Notes: generated by a model from the sequence alone, not told the origin. Positions 25,895-38,846 are shown, numbered from the stretch's first letter. The stretch: 64,000 nucleotides of DNA from Octopus sinensis (GCF_006345805.1 NC_043010.1:56544001-56608000), one strand, 5' to 3'. A program made the numbers and translations.

Positions 25895-26017
25895 ATGTCT
25901 AGTAAAGAAATTGATATCAAAGTGGTGCTGTTAGGGACAGCCATGGTTGGAAAGACCAGTTTAGTAGACAGATATCTGCATGAGAGATATCTTGGAGACA
26001 CAGTTCCTTACCAAAAT
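25895..26017 (+). CDS. RAB24: Rab24 GTPase coding exon 1 ([41 protein letters not shown])
   Basis: P-loop GxxxxGKT. Ends ...PYQN|GTAAGT, the same boundary I recall for vertebrate RAB24. Possible upstream acceptor at 25851-25852. Confidence 0.92.
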
Positions 26018-26236
26018 GTAAGTAGAATTCTAGTGACTGTATGCAGTGTGACTGTATAAGGTGCTTGCTACCATCACCATCATTACCATCATCATCCTCT
26101 TTTCCACCATCAAAGTTTTTAGACGGATTACCCACCCAGATAATCCCTAATTCATGTCATCAGAAGATATTTCAACCCCCGCCACCACCTCCCCCTCCAT
26201 ATTTCTTTAAATTCTTGATATTTTCTTCATCCCCAG

Positions 26237-26305
26237 ACAATTGGTGGTGCTTTTGGCCAGAAGACACTGGAAGTCAGTGGGAAACTCGTTCGTTTAGGGA
26301 TCTGG
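26237..26305 (+). CDS. RAB24: Rab24 exon 2 (TIGGAFGQKTLEVSGKLVRLGIW)
   Basis: ccccAG / tgg|GTAAG; 69 nt; switch I TIGxAF motif. Confidence 0.93.
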
Positions 26306-26531
26306 GTAAGTGAACTGATCTTACATTACCATGGCAACATAAGGGCTCCTGTAGAGGTGTGGGGGGTGGGGTGGGAGTGGAACTCACTGTTGAAGGTTCC
26401 GCATAAATCGCTTCTTACCCACTCACCCACCTCACTGTATACCCTACACCCTTACACCCCACCTGGCTATATACTCACACTGTGTCACTTTACCTAATTG
26501 ATTGTCATGTCTCTCTCTCTCTCTCCCCCAG

Positions 26532-26678
26532 GACACAGCTGGTAGTGAAAGATATGCATCACTAAGTCGCATCTACTACCGAGATGCTGGTGCAGCCATT
26601 GTGTGCTATGATTTGTCAGATAAAAACACATTGGAACGAGCCAAGTTTTGGATTGAGGAACTCAAGAATAATGAATCG
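26532..26678 (+). CDS. RAB24: Rab24 exon 3 ([49 protein letters not shown])
   Basis: CT-rich tract plus cAG; donor GT at 26679. DTAGSE (Ser in place of the catalytic Gln) is diagnostic of Rab24. Confidence 0.95.
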
Positions 26679-26762
26679 GTTGGTCAGAAATTTTGATTTT
26701 CATTCTTTCTGTCTGTGTGTCTCGTATTTTCTCTATGGTGTATGTGTGTGTGTGTCTCTCCC

Positions 26763-26866
<104 letters not shown>

Positions 26867-27063
26867 TGTGTTAATTTCATCAGTTCTGCCCATTACAGCT
26901 TATTAATCTAATCAACTTTAAGCATGCAGAACAGCAAACTTTCAGTAAAAACGCTGCTATAGTGTTTAATATAGTTTTAACACTGTACCCTGTATATTGA
27001 GTACACTCTCTCTATTTTCTTTTTTACTATTTAGCTTGTTTGACTACTAAATACATATTTGTC

Positions 27064-27109
<46 letters not shown>

Positions 27110-27114
27110 CACAC

Positions 27115-27420
27115 ATGGCTTAGTTGTTAGGGGTGTTGGACTTATGATCATAAGATTGTGGTTTCAATTCCTGGACTGGATGACGTGTTCTGTTCTTGAG
27201 CAAGACACTTTATTTCACATTGCTCCAGTCCACTCAGCTGGCAAAAATGAGTTGTACCTGTAATTCAAAGGGCCAGCCTTGTCACACTCTGTGCCATACT
27301 GAATCTCCCTGAGAACTACGTTAAGGGTACACATGTCTGTGGAGTGCTCAGCCACTTGCACATGAATTTCGCTAGCAGGCTGTTTTGTTGACCGAATCAA
27401 CTGAAACACTCATCGGTGTC
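27115..27420 (+). mobile_element. tRNA-derived SINE, second family (also about 10500-10745)
   Basis: A/B-box-like head, then ttcttgagcaagacacttt...ccagtccactcagctg...aaatgagt, shared between copies. Confidence 0.7.
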
Positions 27421-27462
27421 ACTGATGGAGTGCCAATGTATCTAGAAATGTTCATACATATT

Positions 27463-27506
27463 GCTGTTCTGATGATGTTTATTGAGGCAGAAACATAGTC
27501 AACAAC
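27463..27506 (+). ncRNA. Candidate minimal hammerhead, sense strand of RAB24 intron 3
   Basis: UGUU-CUGAUGA-UGUUU(AUUG)AGGCA-GAA-AC(AUA)GU-C-AACA. Confidence 0.5.
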
Positions 27507-28578
27507 TTTCCTCTTGTCTCCAGACAATCAGACTCTTTTCCCTTAATGGCATCCCCTTCTCATTTGGAGTTGGTAACAATTACAACCAAACTTTGCTTCT
27601 ACCATTTCTGGAAGCAAAGATAATTTCAGTAAAGCAAGAATATATATTGTATGACATTTAATATACCATTATTCATCATCATCATCGTTTAACGTCTGCT
27701 TTCCATGCTGGCATGGGTTGGACGGTTTGACTGGGGACTGGCAAGCCAGGAGGCTGCACCAGGCTCCAATCTGATCTGGCAGAGTTTCTACAGCTGGATG
27801 CCCTTCCTAACGCCAACCACTCCGAGAGTGTAGTGGGTGCTTTTACATGCCACCGGCACAAGGGCCAGTCAGGTGGTACTGGCAATGGCCACGCTTAAAT
27901 GGGGTTTTTTATGTGCCACCTGCACAGGAGCCAGTTATTCATCTTTATTGTTCAAATACATGTCATTCGTTTCTTTTAGCTTATTTTGATTTGTTGGGGA
28001 CTGGGAGTTGTGGCGATTTGCTTCTTCTTGAGAAGGTATGTCAAGCTAAGTAAAATCTATACATAAAGGCCTGTCCTTTACAGGTACCAGTACCACATAA
28101 AATGTACTCCTGCTGCTGCTGTGTAAATGCATCCATGCCAGTGGCACATTAAAAGCACCCAGCACACTCTCTTCAGTGGTTGGCATTAGGAAAGGCCAAA
28201 ACCCTGCCAAAACAGACAACCAGGGTCTGACCAGCTCCTGTCAAACGGTCCTCCTCATGCCAGCATGAAAAACAGACATTAAAGAATGATGATGATGATG
28301 TGTGTGTGTGTGTGTGTGTCCTTATTTTACATCTGCTCTCCATACTGGCATATGTTGAGGGTGGGGGAGGGGAACCTTTCATTAAGGCATTACCACAGGG
28401 ATCACTGCCTTTACGTGTTATGCTATGTTATATTATGTTGAATGGGGAATCTGCACACCCCCGTGATTGTCTGAGTGAACTCTACCGGTTAGTATAAAGG
28501 AGCAGGCACAGAACAGTCTGAGAAGAGTGTCATATGCACAGCCATATCGTGTACAAGTGGTGGGAATTATTGAATGGA

Positions 28579-31500
28579 GATATTGTGGGGTGCTTGTTGA
28601 GGATATTCAGGTGGAGAGTAATAAGAGGAGAGCAGGAACATTTGATATTGTGGGGTGCTTGTTGAGGATATGTAGGTGGAGAGTAATAAGAGAAGAGCAG
28701 GAACATTTGATATTGTGGGGTGCTTGTTGAGGATATGCAGGTGGAGAGTAATAAGAGAAGAGCAGGAACATTTGATATTGTGGGGTGCTTGTTGAGGATA
28801 TGCAGGTGGAGAGTAATAAGAGAAGAGCAGGAACATTTGATATTGTGGGGTGCTTGTTGAGGATATGCAGGTGGAGAGTAATAAGAGGAGAGCAGGAACA
28901 TTTGATATTGTGGGGTGCTTGTTGAGGATATGCAGGTGGAGAGTAATAAGAGGAGAGCAGGAACATTTGATATTGTGGGGTGCTTGTTGAGGATATGCAG
29001 GTGGAGAGTAATAAGAGGAGAGCAGGAACATTTGATATTGTGGGGTGCTTGTTGAGGATATGCAGGTGGAGAGTAATAAGAGGAGAGCAGGAACATTTGA
29101 TATTGTGGGGTGCTTGTTGAGGATATGCAGGTGGAGAGTAATAAGAGGAGAGCAGGAACATTTGATATTGTGGGGTGCTTGTTGAGGATATGCAGGTGGA
29201 GTAGAATAAGAAGAGCAGGAACATTTGATATTGTGGGGTGCTTGTTGAGGATTTTTTTTTTATGCAGGTGGAGAGTAATAAGAGAGAGCAGGAACATTTG
29301 ATATTGTGGGGTGCTTGTTGAGGATATGCAGGTGGAGAGTAATAAGAGGAGAGCAGGAACATTTGATATTGTGGGGTGCTTGTTGAGGATATGCAGGTGG
29401 AGAGTAATAAGAGGAGAGCAGGAACATTTGATATTGTGGGGTGCTTGTTGAGGATATGCAGGTGGAGAGTAATAAGAGGAGAGCAGGAACATTTGATATT
29501 GTGGGGTGCTTGTTGAGGATATGCAGGTGGAGAGTAATAAGAGGAGAGCAGGAACATTTGATATTGTGGGGTGCTTGTTGAGGATATGCAGGTGGAGAGT
29601 AATAAGAGGAGAGCAGGAACATTTGATATTGTGGGGTGCTTGTTGAGGATATGCAGGTGGAGAGTAATAAGAGGAGAGCAGGAACATTTGATATTGTGGG
29701 GTGCTTGTTGAGGATATGCAGGTGTGAGTAATAAGAGGAGAGCAGGAACATTTGATATTGTGGGGTGCTTGTTGAGGATATGCAGGTGGAGAGTAATAAG
29801 AGGAGAGCAGGAACATTTGATATTGTGGGGTGCTTGTTGAGGATATGCAGGTGGAGAGTAATAAGAAGAGCAGGAACATTTGATATTGTGGGGTGCTTGT
29901 TGAGGATATGCAGGTGGAGAGTAATAAGAGGAGAGCAGGAACATTTGATATTGTGGGGTGCTTGTTGAGGATATGCAGGTGGAGAGTAATAAGAGGAGAG
30001 CAGGAACATTTGATATTGTGGGGTGCTTGTTGAGGATATGCAGGTGGAGAGTAATAAGAGGAGAGCAGGAACATTTGATATTGTGGGGTGCTTGTTGAGG
30101 ATATGTAGTGGAGAGTAATATAGAGAAGAGCAGGAACATTTGATATTGTGGGGTGCTTGTTGAGGATATGCAGGTGGAGAGTAATAAGAGAAGAGCAGGA
30201 ACATTTGATATTGTGGGGTGCTTGTTGAGGATATGCAGGTGGAGAGTAATAAGAGAAGAGCAGGAACATTTGATATTGTGGGGTGCTTGTTGAGGATATG
30301 CAGGTGGAGAGTAATAAGAGGAGAGCAGGAACATTTGATATTGTGGGGTGCTTGTTGAGGATATGCAGGTGGAGAGTAATAAGAGGAGAGCAGGAACATT
30401 TGATATTGTGGGGTGCTTGTTGAGGATATGCAGGTGGAGAGTAATAAGAGGAGAGCAGGAACATTTGATATTGTGGGGTGCTTGTTGAGGATATGCAGGT
30501 GGAGAGTAATAAGAGGAGAGCAGGAACATTTGATATTGTGGGGTGCTTGTTGAGGATATGCAGGTGGAGAGTAATAAGAGAAGAGCAGGAACATTTGATA
30601 TTGTGGGGTGCTTGTTGAGGATATGCAGGTGGAGAGTAATAAGAGAAGAGCAGGAACATTTGATATTGTGGGGTGCTTGTTGAGGATATGCAGGTGGAGA
30701 GTAATAAGAAGAGCAGGAACATTGATATTGTGGGGTGCTTGTTGAGGATATGCAGGTGGAGAGTAATAAGAGGAAAGCAGGAACATTTGATATTGTGGGG
30801 TGCTTGTTGAGGATATGCAGGTGGAGAGTAATAAGAGGAGAGCAGGAACATTTGATATTGTGGGGTGCTTGTTGAGGATATGCAGGTGGAGAGTAATAAG
30901 AGGAGAGCAGGAACATTTGATATTGTGGGGTGCTTGTTGAGGATATGCAGGTGGAGAGTAATAAGAGAGAGCAGGAACATTTGATATTGTGGGGTGCTTG
31001 TTGAGGATATGCAGGTGGAGAGTAATAAGAGGAGAGCAGGAACATTTGATATTGTGGGGTGCTTGTTGAGGATATGCAGGTGGAGAGTAATAAGAGGAGA
31101 GCAGGAACATTTGATATTGTGGGGTGCTTGTTGAGGATATGCAGGTGGAGAGTAATAATAGGAGAGCAGGAACATTTGATATTGTGGGGTGCTTGTTGAG
31201 GATATGCAGGTGGGAGTAATAAGAGGAGAGCAGGAACATTTGATATTGTGGGGTGCTTGTTGAGGATATGCAGGTGGAGAGTAATAAGAGGAGAGCAGGA
31301 ACATTTGATATTGTGGGGTGCTTGTTGAGGATATGCAGGTGGAGAGTAATAAGAGGAGAGCAGGAACATTTGATATTGTGGGGTGCTTGTTGAGGATATG
31401 CAGGTGGAGAGTAATAAGAGGAGAGCAGGAACATTTGATATTGTGGGGTGCTTGTTGAGGATATGCAGGTGGAGAGTAATAAGAGGAGAGCAGGAACATT

Positions 31501-31837
31501 TGATATTGTGGGGTGCTTGTTGAGGATATGCAGGTGGAGAGAAAAGAAACGTAGAGGAAGCAGGAACATTTGATATTGTGGGGTGCTTGTTGAGGATATG
31601 CAGGTGAGAGTAATAAGAGGAGAGCAGGAACATTTGATATTGTGGGGTGCTTGTTGAGGATATGCAGGTGGAGAGTAATAAGAGGAGAGCAGGAACATTT
31701 GATATTGTGGGGTGCTTGTTGAGGATATGCAGGTGGAGAGTAATAAGAGGAGAGCAGGAACATTTGATACTGTGGGGTGCTTGTTGAGGATATGCAGGTG
31801 GAGAGTAATAAGAGAGAGCAGGAACATTTGATATTGT
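28579..31837. repeat. 65-bp minisatellite, about 50 copies, in RAB24 intron 3
   Basis: Unit GATATTGTGGGGTGCTTGTTGAGGATATGCAGGTGGAGAGTAATAAGAGGAGAGCAGGAACATTT; first-to-last unit distance 3251 bp = 50 x 65. Confidence 0.98.
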
Positions 31838-32266
31838 AATAGTTCAGATCAAACAGTGACAACGAGAAGTCATATCATATTATGTAAAGGTGAAAAGGAG
31901 GAGGAGATTAGGAGGGTTGGTTTGGGAAAAGAGGACACCAAAACTGGGCAAGATGGTGTGAGGGTGGTTGCTATGGCATTGAGCTAGATTCAACCACCCC
32001 CCCAGTTAACGGGGACAAAACCCAGATTTAAAACACTTGATGAGGATGATGATGATGAGGATGATTGTGCTTTATTGTATTTCATTGTGTTGTTCTTGTG
32101 TTTATGTCTTTCAACTTTTCTCTGTAATTATAAGTTTGTCTGTTTACTCATACACACACACCAGAAAAGTGACAATTTTTTATAAGACCTTGAGCAAGTC
32201 CTTCTACTTAACAGACTCCTTAGTTGCATTCAGTCTTTGTTCATTGTATGTGTTGCTTATTTGCAG

Positions 32267-32366
32267 GACTGCAGGCTGTATTTGTGTGGCACCAAAAAGG
32301 ACCTTCTTCAAACGCAACATTGTCCCCAAAAGGTCCAGCGAGGAGATGCAGAAGCTCTAGGGGACA
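32267..32366 (+). CDS. RAB24: Rab24 exon 4 (DCRLYLCGTKKDLL...EALGD, phase 1 out)
   Basis: ttgcAG / a|GTAAGT; TKxD variant of the G4 NKxD motif, typical of Rab24. Confidence 0.92.
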
Positions 32367-33170
32367 GTAAGTTTCTTCTGTTTGAATTGTTGTTGGTGTT
32401 GCTTAAAGCAGCGGGTTGGCAGGAACCCCACCCTGACCCCACCAAACCAAATGCGAAATTTTGTCTGCCTTTACATTCTGAGTTCAAATTTGCCTTTCAT
32501 CCTTTCAGGGTCAATAAAATAAGGACCAATTGAACACTGGGGTCAATGTAATTGATTTACCCCTTCCCGTTAAATTACTAGCCTCATGCCCAAATGTGAA
32601 ACCATTTTTATTGAGAATCAGTTGCATGCTGGGCAAAATGCTTAGTGGCATTTCGTTTGCCTTTACATTCTGAGTTCAAATTCTGCTGAGGTCAGCTTTA
32701 CCTTTCATTCTTTCTGGGTCAATAAAATAAGTACCAGTTGCGCACTGAGGTCAATTTAATTGACTGGCACTCTCCCCTGAACTGGCTGGCTTTGTGCCAA
32801 AATTTGAAGCCATTGTTATTATCATTATTAACTGCAGTCCATCTTGTGGTTGAGTATTCCACAGACACAGGTATCCTTTATACAATCCTGTGGCAGAATA
32901 AGGGTAACACTGTGTGGCACGGTGACTCCCTCCCGCTGATTAATCTGCACCTATACTCCATGCATCTGGCTTGCACACAGTTTCTGTCTACCAAATTCCA
33001 GCCTGAAGTCTTTAGTCAACCTAGGTCAATGCTGTGGAATTGAACTCAGGATTCCAGTATTGCAAAACAACCTCCTTAAACAATCAGCCCTGCCAGCACA
33101 ACCCCACCCCCAACCCCTACCCACCCCGGGTGCATCTATATTACCCAGAATTCTCTATTTCTCTCTCCAG

Positions 33171-33221
33171 ATTTCTCTGCTGAAGTGTTTGAAACCTCAA
33201 GTAAAACTGGAGAAAATATTA
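33171..33221 (+). CDS. RAB24: Rab24 exon 5 (N-FSAEVFETSSKTGENI)
   Basis: ctctctccAG / a|GTAAGT; G5 ETSSK motif; phases 1/1 fit both neighbours. Confidence 0.92.
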
Positions 33222-34013
33222 GTAAGTATTGTTGTTATGGTTACTAGATAGAACTGTTGTTGCTATGGTTACCAGGCATATTTCTATTGTTACTATAGTT
33301 ACAAAATAAAGCATTGTGGGTAGGCTCCTTGACTGTTGTTGTTTAGCCCCAGGTCAGCCCTGATTGATCAAATATATGATCAAGGACACTCTCACCATGG
33401 CTATCACGTTTTGTTTACTTCTTAACATAATGTTTCTTGGACTACACTATCCAATGTGTCCTCCTTGTTTTTAAGATTGTAGAGTGTCATTTGAAGGAAA
33501 TTTGGCTGCTGTTTCTAGCAGCTAAGGTGACTGCATAGAGACTTCATCATTGGTTTATTTTCAGACACTTGTTATTTAGCTACAGATTAGGCCTGAAATA
33601 ATTCCATCCATGACCATGCCATCGTATTTTGTGACAGTCTGTCTAGGACTACATTATCCAATGTGTCCTTCCACTTCTGAGATGATGCTAGAGGTCAATT
33701 TTAGGCAGCTTTGGCGGTTATTTGTAGCATGTTGAAGAAGCATATAAAGACTGGGGAATGCCTACAGAAACCCCTACCAGTGTAGATAGTGGTAGCACAC
33801 TGAAACAAACAAGTGCTTCAGCTCCTTCTCTATTGGTTGGGTATGCTTTGGTGACACTCTCAACTAGAGGGGTCTGAGACTGACCAACACTATGTCCTTA
33901 CATCGACCAATAAGACAAGGGCTTTGAAGGTTTATTTTAGAGTAACTGAGGTTGGTAGAGTGGTATAGTGGTTGTAAATGACATCTGTTGAGATTGTCTC
34001 TTTTTCAGTAGGG

Positions 34014-34070
<57 letters not shown>

Positions 34071-34917
34071 ATATGTATGTATGTATCACAGTATCATGGT
34101 ATCAACCAAACTATCAGCTATTGTTACACATCACTTGTCACAATGCACTTTGCATCATTTTAGCTTTCAGCCATACCTCGCCACTGGTTCGGCAGGCAGA
34201 CCAACGTACCCACTGATTGGAAAGCTGGTCCGTCACAAGGTGACCCATTTACAACTGAGCAGACTGGAGCAACATGAAATGGAGTGTTTTGCTCAAGACG
34301 TTGTCCAGTCCAGAAATCAGTCCCATGGCCTGGCAGTCACAAGTGCAACACCCCAACCACTGGCCACAAGCCTTCACACACGCATATAGTTTATCTTATA
34401 TGTATGTATATATATGTATGTATGTATGTATATGGTGGGGAATAGAAGTTATGGCCAAGGGAGGGATATCACCTCTCTCTCTCTCTCTTTCATACCACAT
34501 TAAATCATTACATCATCATCATCATCATCACACGCCACCACACTGCATCGCATCATCACATGACGTATATCATCATCATCATCATCATCATTTAATGCTC
34601 ACTTTCCATGCTGGCATGGGTTGGACGGTTTGACTGGAGCTGGCAAGGCTGGAGAGCTTTTGTCTGTCTTGGTATGGTTTCTCTGGTTGGATGCCCTTCC
34701 TAACGCCCACCACTCAGCAGAGTGGTCTTGGCATTAGGAATGGTATCCAGCCAGAGAAACCGAGTCAAAACAGACATGGAACCCAGGCAGCTCTCCAGCC
34801 TTGCCAGCTCCTGTCAAATTGTCTAACTCATGCCAGCATGGAAAACAGATGTTAAATGGTGATGAAGATGATTGAGTATGTGTGAACCTCAAAACTGTTT
34901 CTTTTGTTCTGCTTCAG

Positions 34918-34992
34918 AGGAATTATTTCTGAGAATCGCTGAAGATTACATCCAATTGTGGAAGAAGAATAAAACAATAGCTTTGTCACGAG
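34918..34992 (+). CDS. RAB24: Rab24 exon 6 (K-ELFLRIAEDYIQLWKKNKTIALSR)
   Basis: gcttcAG / g|GTGAGT; ELFxxIAEDY helix 5. Confidence 0.9.
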
Positions 34993-36424
34993 GTGAGTTA
35001 CTGTGGGGGGTCGGGGTATGTGTAGGTGTGGGTGAATGTGTCTACTTATCTATTTGGAACACCTGAGACCTCTACCCACCTGTCTAGCAGTGACATGTGG
35101 GAATCTACAATTCACACAGGTAGAAACTCAATGTCTTCTTCCACTTTGATTGAGATGGAGAAACAGAAGCATCGCAGAGGAATTCTAAATGCAGCCTCAC
35201 CTGTATTTGAAACCCTCACCTTGCTGATACTCCTTCCCTCTCCTAAGTAGACACTACACCATGTGGAGCAGAGTATGTCTGGAGAAGGCAACCATAATGC
35301 ACGTACACACTCACACACAATTGTGTGGTTAAGAAGCTTGTTTCCCAACCATGTGATCTTGAGTTCAGTCCCACTGTATTGCACCTATGAACAAGTGTCT
35401 TCTTCTATAGCCATGGGCCAATCAAAGTCTCACAAGTGTATTTAATATACAAAAACTGAAAGAAGTCCATCCTGTATAAAACAAAAGAGGAAATTGGAAA
35501 TTGTTTTGCTATTATTCATTCTCCGTTACACATGTTTCATTTACTAATTGGAATTACAAAGATTTACCTGTTACATAAACATGGAAGGAATTTTCTATTA
35601 GAAATTCGTCAAACAGGAAAATTCTAATACAAAAATTACATTTGGATGAAGCATCTCATCATTGTTTAACATCCACTTTCCACGCTGGGTTGGATGGTTT
35701 GACATGGAGCTGTCCAAGCTCCAATTGTCTGTTTAAACATGGTTTCTATAGCTGGATGCCATTCCTAACACCAACCACTTAACAGAGTGTGCTGGGTGCA
35801 TTTTATGTGCCACCGGCACAGGTGTGTTAATGCAGCACTGGCATAAGTATTTTTATGTGGTACTGGCACCTGAAAGGACAAGCCTGGATGTATTGAGGAC
35901 AGGGATTTTACTTAGCTTGACACATCTTATCAAGTACAGCAAATTGCCACATCTCCTGGTCCCTTGTCAATTCCTCAGTGAGGCCCAGCATCCAAAGATT
36001 TTTTCTCACCACTTCGTCCCATGTCTTCCTGGGTCTTCATCCCATGTCTTCCACAGGTACCCTACACTACTAGCAATATATTGGATAGGTACTATCCCTT
36101 AGTTGGTTGGTTTACCAACCTCCAACTCACACAGAAATATATATATGTATATATATCATCTTCATCATCATTTTAATGACCACTTTCCATGCTTGTATGG
36201 GTCAAACAGAATTTGTTGTGGAAGATTTTCCTATGGTCAGATGCCCTTCCTGTTGCCTGCCTTCATCCTTTTCCAAGTAGGGTAATATTCTCCCTATTGC
36301 CGGACATGTTTTTCACAGAAGATTGGAAATGAAAGATACTGCTTGTATGACATTCACACTCATTTACAGCAATCATACAACACCAAGGCAAGAAAACAGT
36401 ACACACACACACACATATATAATA

Positions 36425-36467
<43 letters not shown>

Positions 36468-37671
36468 ATATGTGATGGATTTCTTTCTGTTTTCATTTAC
36501 CAAATCCACTCCCAAAGCGAAATTAGAAGGCATCAGTTAAAAGTACTATTCAGTACTACTGAACTTGAAAGCATCTGGTTGGGAAACCACATCTGCCCCA
36601 AGCCACCCCAGTTAAGTGTATTGGATGCTGTCCACAATAACTTGTGTATTTTTTTCTTTAATTTTATTCTGAGTAAGAGAGGGAAAAACATGAAAAAGAC
36701 AAATAGCAGTTGTTAGCAAAGGAAAAGAGGAGATCATTTTTACTAAATTTGTCCAAGTTCCATGCTGAGCTCAAGAATAGCTCTGTGGCCTTTGTTACTA
36801 ATAAGGGGCAGCCATAGACTCATCTTTCAGTCGTTTCTCCTCATCATGTTACTCTATGTCAAAAATATATAAATACTGATCTGTGACTAAGCTCATTACA
36901 TTGGATCACACTGATGGGATCTCACAAGCTGAGACATTGTGTCCATGCTTCTTCTTGGCCTCGAACAAACTTCAAACTGGCCTTTATTATTTCACTATGT
37001 AAATTAACTCTCCAAATTTTATTATTGAAAATTATCTCCCCATTTCTTTCCAGTTGCCACTAGGTTTTTGTTTTCTTTCTCAAATTTCCAGAAAATTTAA
37101 AATAAAGAATTTACCACATGGCATTCAGTACGTCACCAATTAAGTTTATTACTTGCTCACACATGCGTGTGTGTATGTGTATGTATGTATAAATGTGAGT
37201 CTATATATGTGTGTATATATTCTTTGGAGTGAGGTATTCATAGGAACATGGTTAGGCCACTTGGAATAAAGAATTCCAAGTGACAAGGTGTGAGGGTCAG
37301 TAAATTCAATCTGTAAATCTGAGCCCAACAGGCTATATTTTGTCAAACTCATGGTTGTGGATTGAATTTACAAATGTGTCTGTGTTTGTTGGAGTGTGAG
37401 AGAGAGAGAGTGTGTAACTACTGGATAGGTGCAACTGTCTCTGGAGTATTCAGCCACTACCACCTACGAGTCATTGACTTGTTAAACAGCTGGAACACTC
37501 ATTGACAAAATTAACAAAAGATCTTATTTTGAACTTTTTTTTTTCTTCTTTGGTTTCTTTTCTTCTCAAAGACCCTTGAAAAGTTGTAAATAAATGTTTG
37601 TGAAGTCAAATTGTCCCCCATGTCAATGTCTAACTCTAAATATTTTACCGTTGTCTCTCGCTGCTTCTCAG

Positions 37672-37707
37672 GAGCTGAATATGGTAACAGTGATGATGAC
37701 TCAAGTG
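37672..37707 (+). CDS. RAB24: Candidate 36-nt symmetric (phase 1-1) Rab24 exon encoding GAEYGNSDDDSS
   Basis: Pyrimidine tract plus ctcAG acceptor and g|GTGAGC donor; keeps the frame between exon 6 and the last exon. No transcript evidence. Confidence 0.5.
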
Positions 37708-38012
37708 GTGAGCTCAACTGTAATGATGTCTTTCTGTGTGTGTGTGTGTCACAACTTCACTGCTTCTTATTGTTTACATTGCTTTCTGGCTACGGCTTTG
37801 TCCCTCTCCTCGCTACACTGCACCTTAATAGTAACAGCTTTGCAGTATTGTTGCATGATATGTTGGTCATGTGAGGCACAAGTATGTCTTTTTGATTTGG
37901 AATGGCAACAGAATAGACAAACCTGTAGTTGTAAACTCTCTCAAGAATATCTGCTTACTACAAAATTGTGTCATATGCTTTATTTATATATATATATATA
38001 TTTATATATATG

Positions 38013-38076
<64 letters not shown>

Positions 38077-38348
38077 ATATATATATAATGCAACTGTGTA
38101 TAAGTTTATATGTATGTATATATATATAATGCAACTGTGTATAAGTTTATATGTGTGCATGTATAAAGTGGGCACCACTTATCGTGATCACTTTGGTAAC
38201 TGAGCTTTTTGATAACAATAACCACTTGTTAATATTATGTGTGTGTATATAATAAGCAACTTCCACTGTTTATATATGTGTGTTTATGTGTGTATATTCA
38301 ATTCATTTGTTTTCCCATCTATTTTTTTGTTGCCAGTATGGACTAAAC

Positions 38349-38632
38349 CAGAGGTGCCCAAAGTAGGTGGTACTGCCCCCTTGGGGGCAGTGGAAAGATC
38401 CAGGGGATATTGAAGAAAAGTGGGGTGATAATGGGGTCACCAAAAGGGAGTGATGGATATAAAAGAAAAACCAAAATAACGGATTAATTAAGTTTTATTT
38501 GTGAAATACAGTTGTTCTGAATTTACTGTAAAAGTGGTTTATGTTTGTGGTGATGAGTGGGGGGGGAGGGTCACTGAGAATATGACCTGAGTTCCAAGGG
38601 GACAGCAGCCTGAAAAAGTTTGAGGAGCACTG
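38349..38632. mobile_element. hAT/Charlie-type MITE
   Basis: Ends CAGAGGTGCCCAAAGT...AAGTTTGAGGAGCACTG; 8-bp flanks GACTAAAC / GATTAGAC (6/8 identical TSD). Confidence 0.7.
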
Positions 38633-38846
38633 GATTAGACAGACAATTCTGTATTGTTGAGGCATTGTTTTACAGCCTGATGCCCTTCTTGTCATTAACC
38701 TTTTCCTGTTTTTCAATTAAGGCATCATTTTATTTCACATTCCTTTGAATTGCAAAACAAACAACTTGTTGACAAGGAAGAGCAACAAACTTCATCTTGT
38801 GTAGCTCAAGTCTTTTAAAATGAAGCCCAAAATACCAACATTCACA

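Noticed and set aside
26355-26465. G-run/C-run pair (G-quadruplex versus duplex switch) in RAB24 intron 2
   Set aside because: Low-complexity composition is common across this window; nothing indicates function.
28530-31862. Three 855-1110-aa minus-strand ORFs as protein-coding genes
   Set aside because: They are three frames of one 65-bp tandem repeat inside a RAB24 intron, with no unique domain or splice context.
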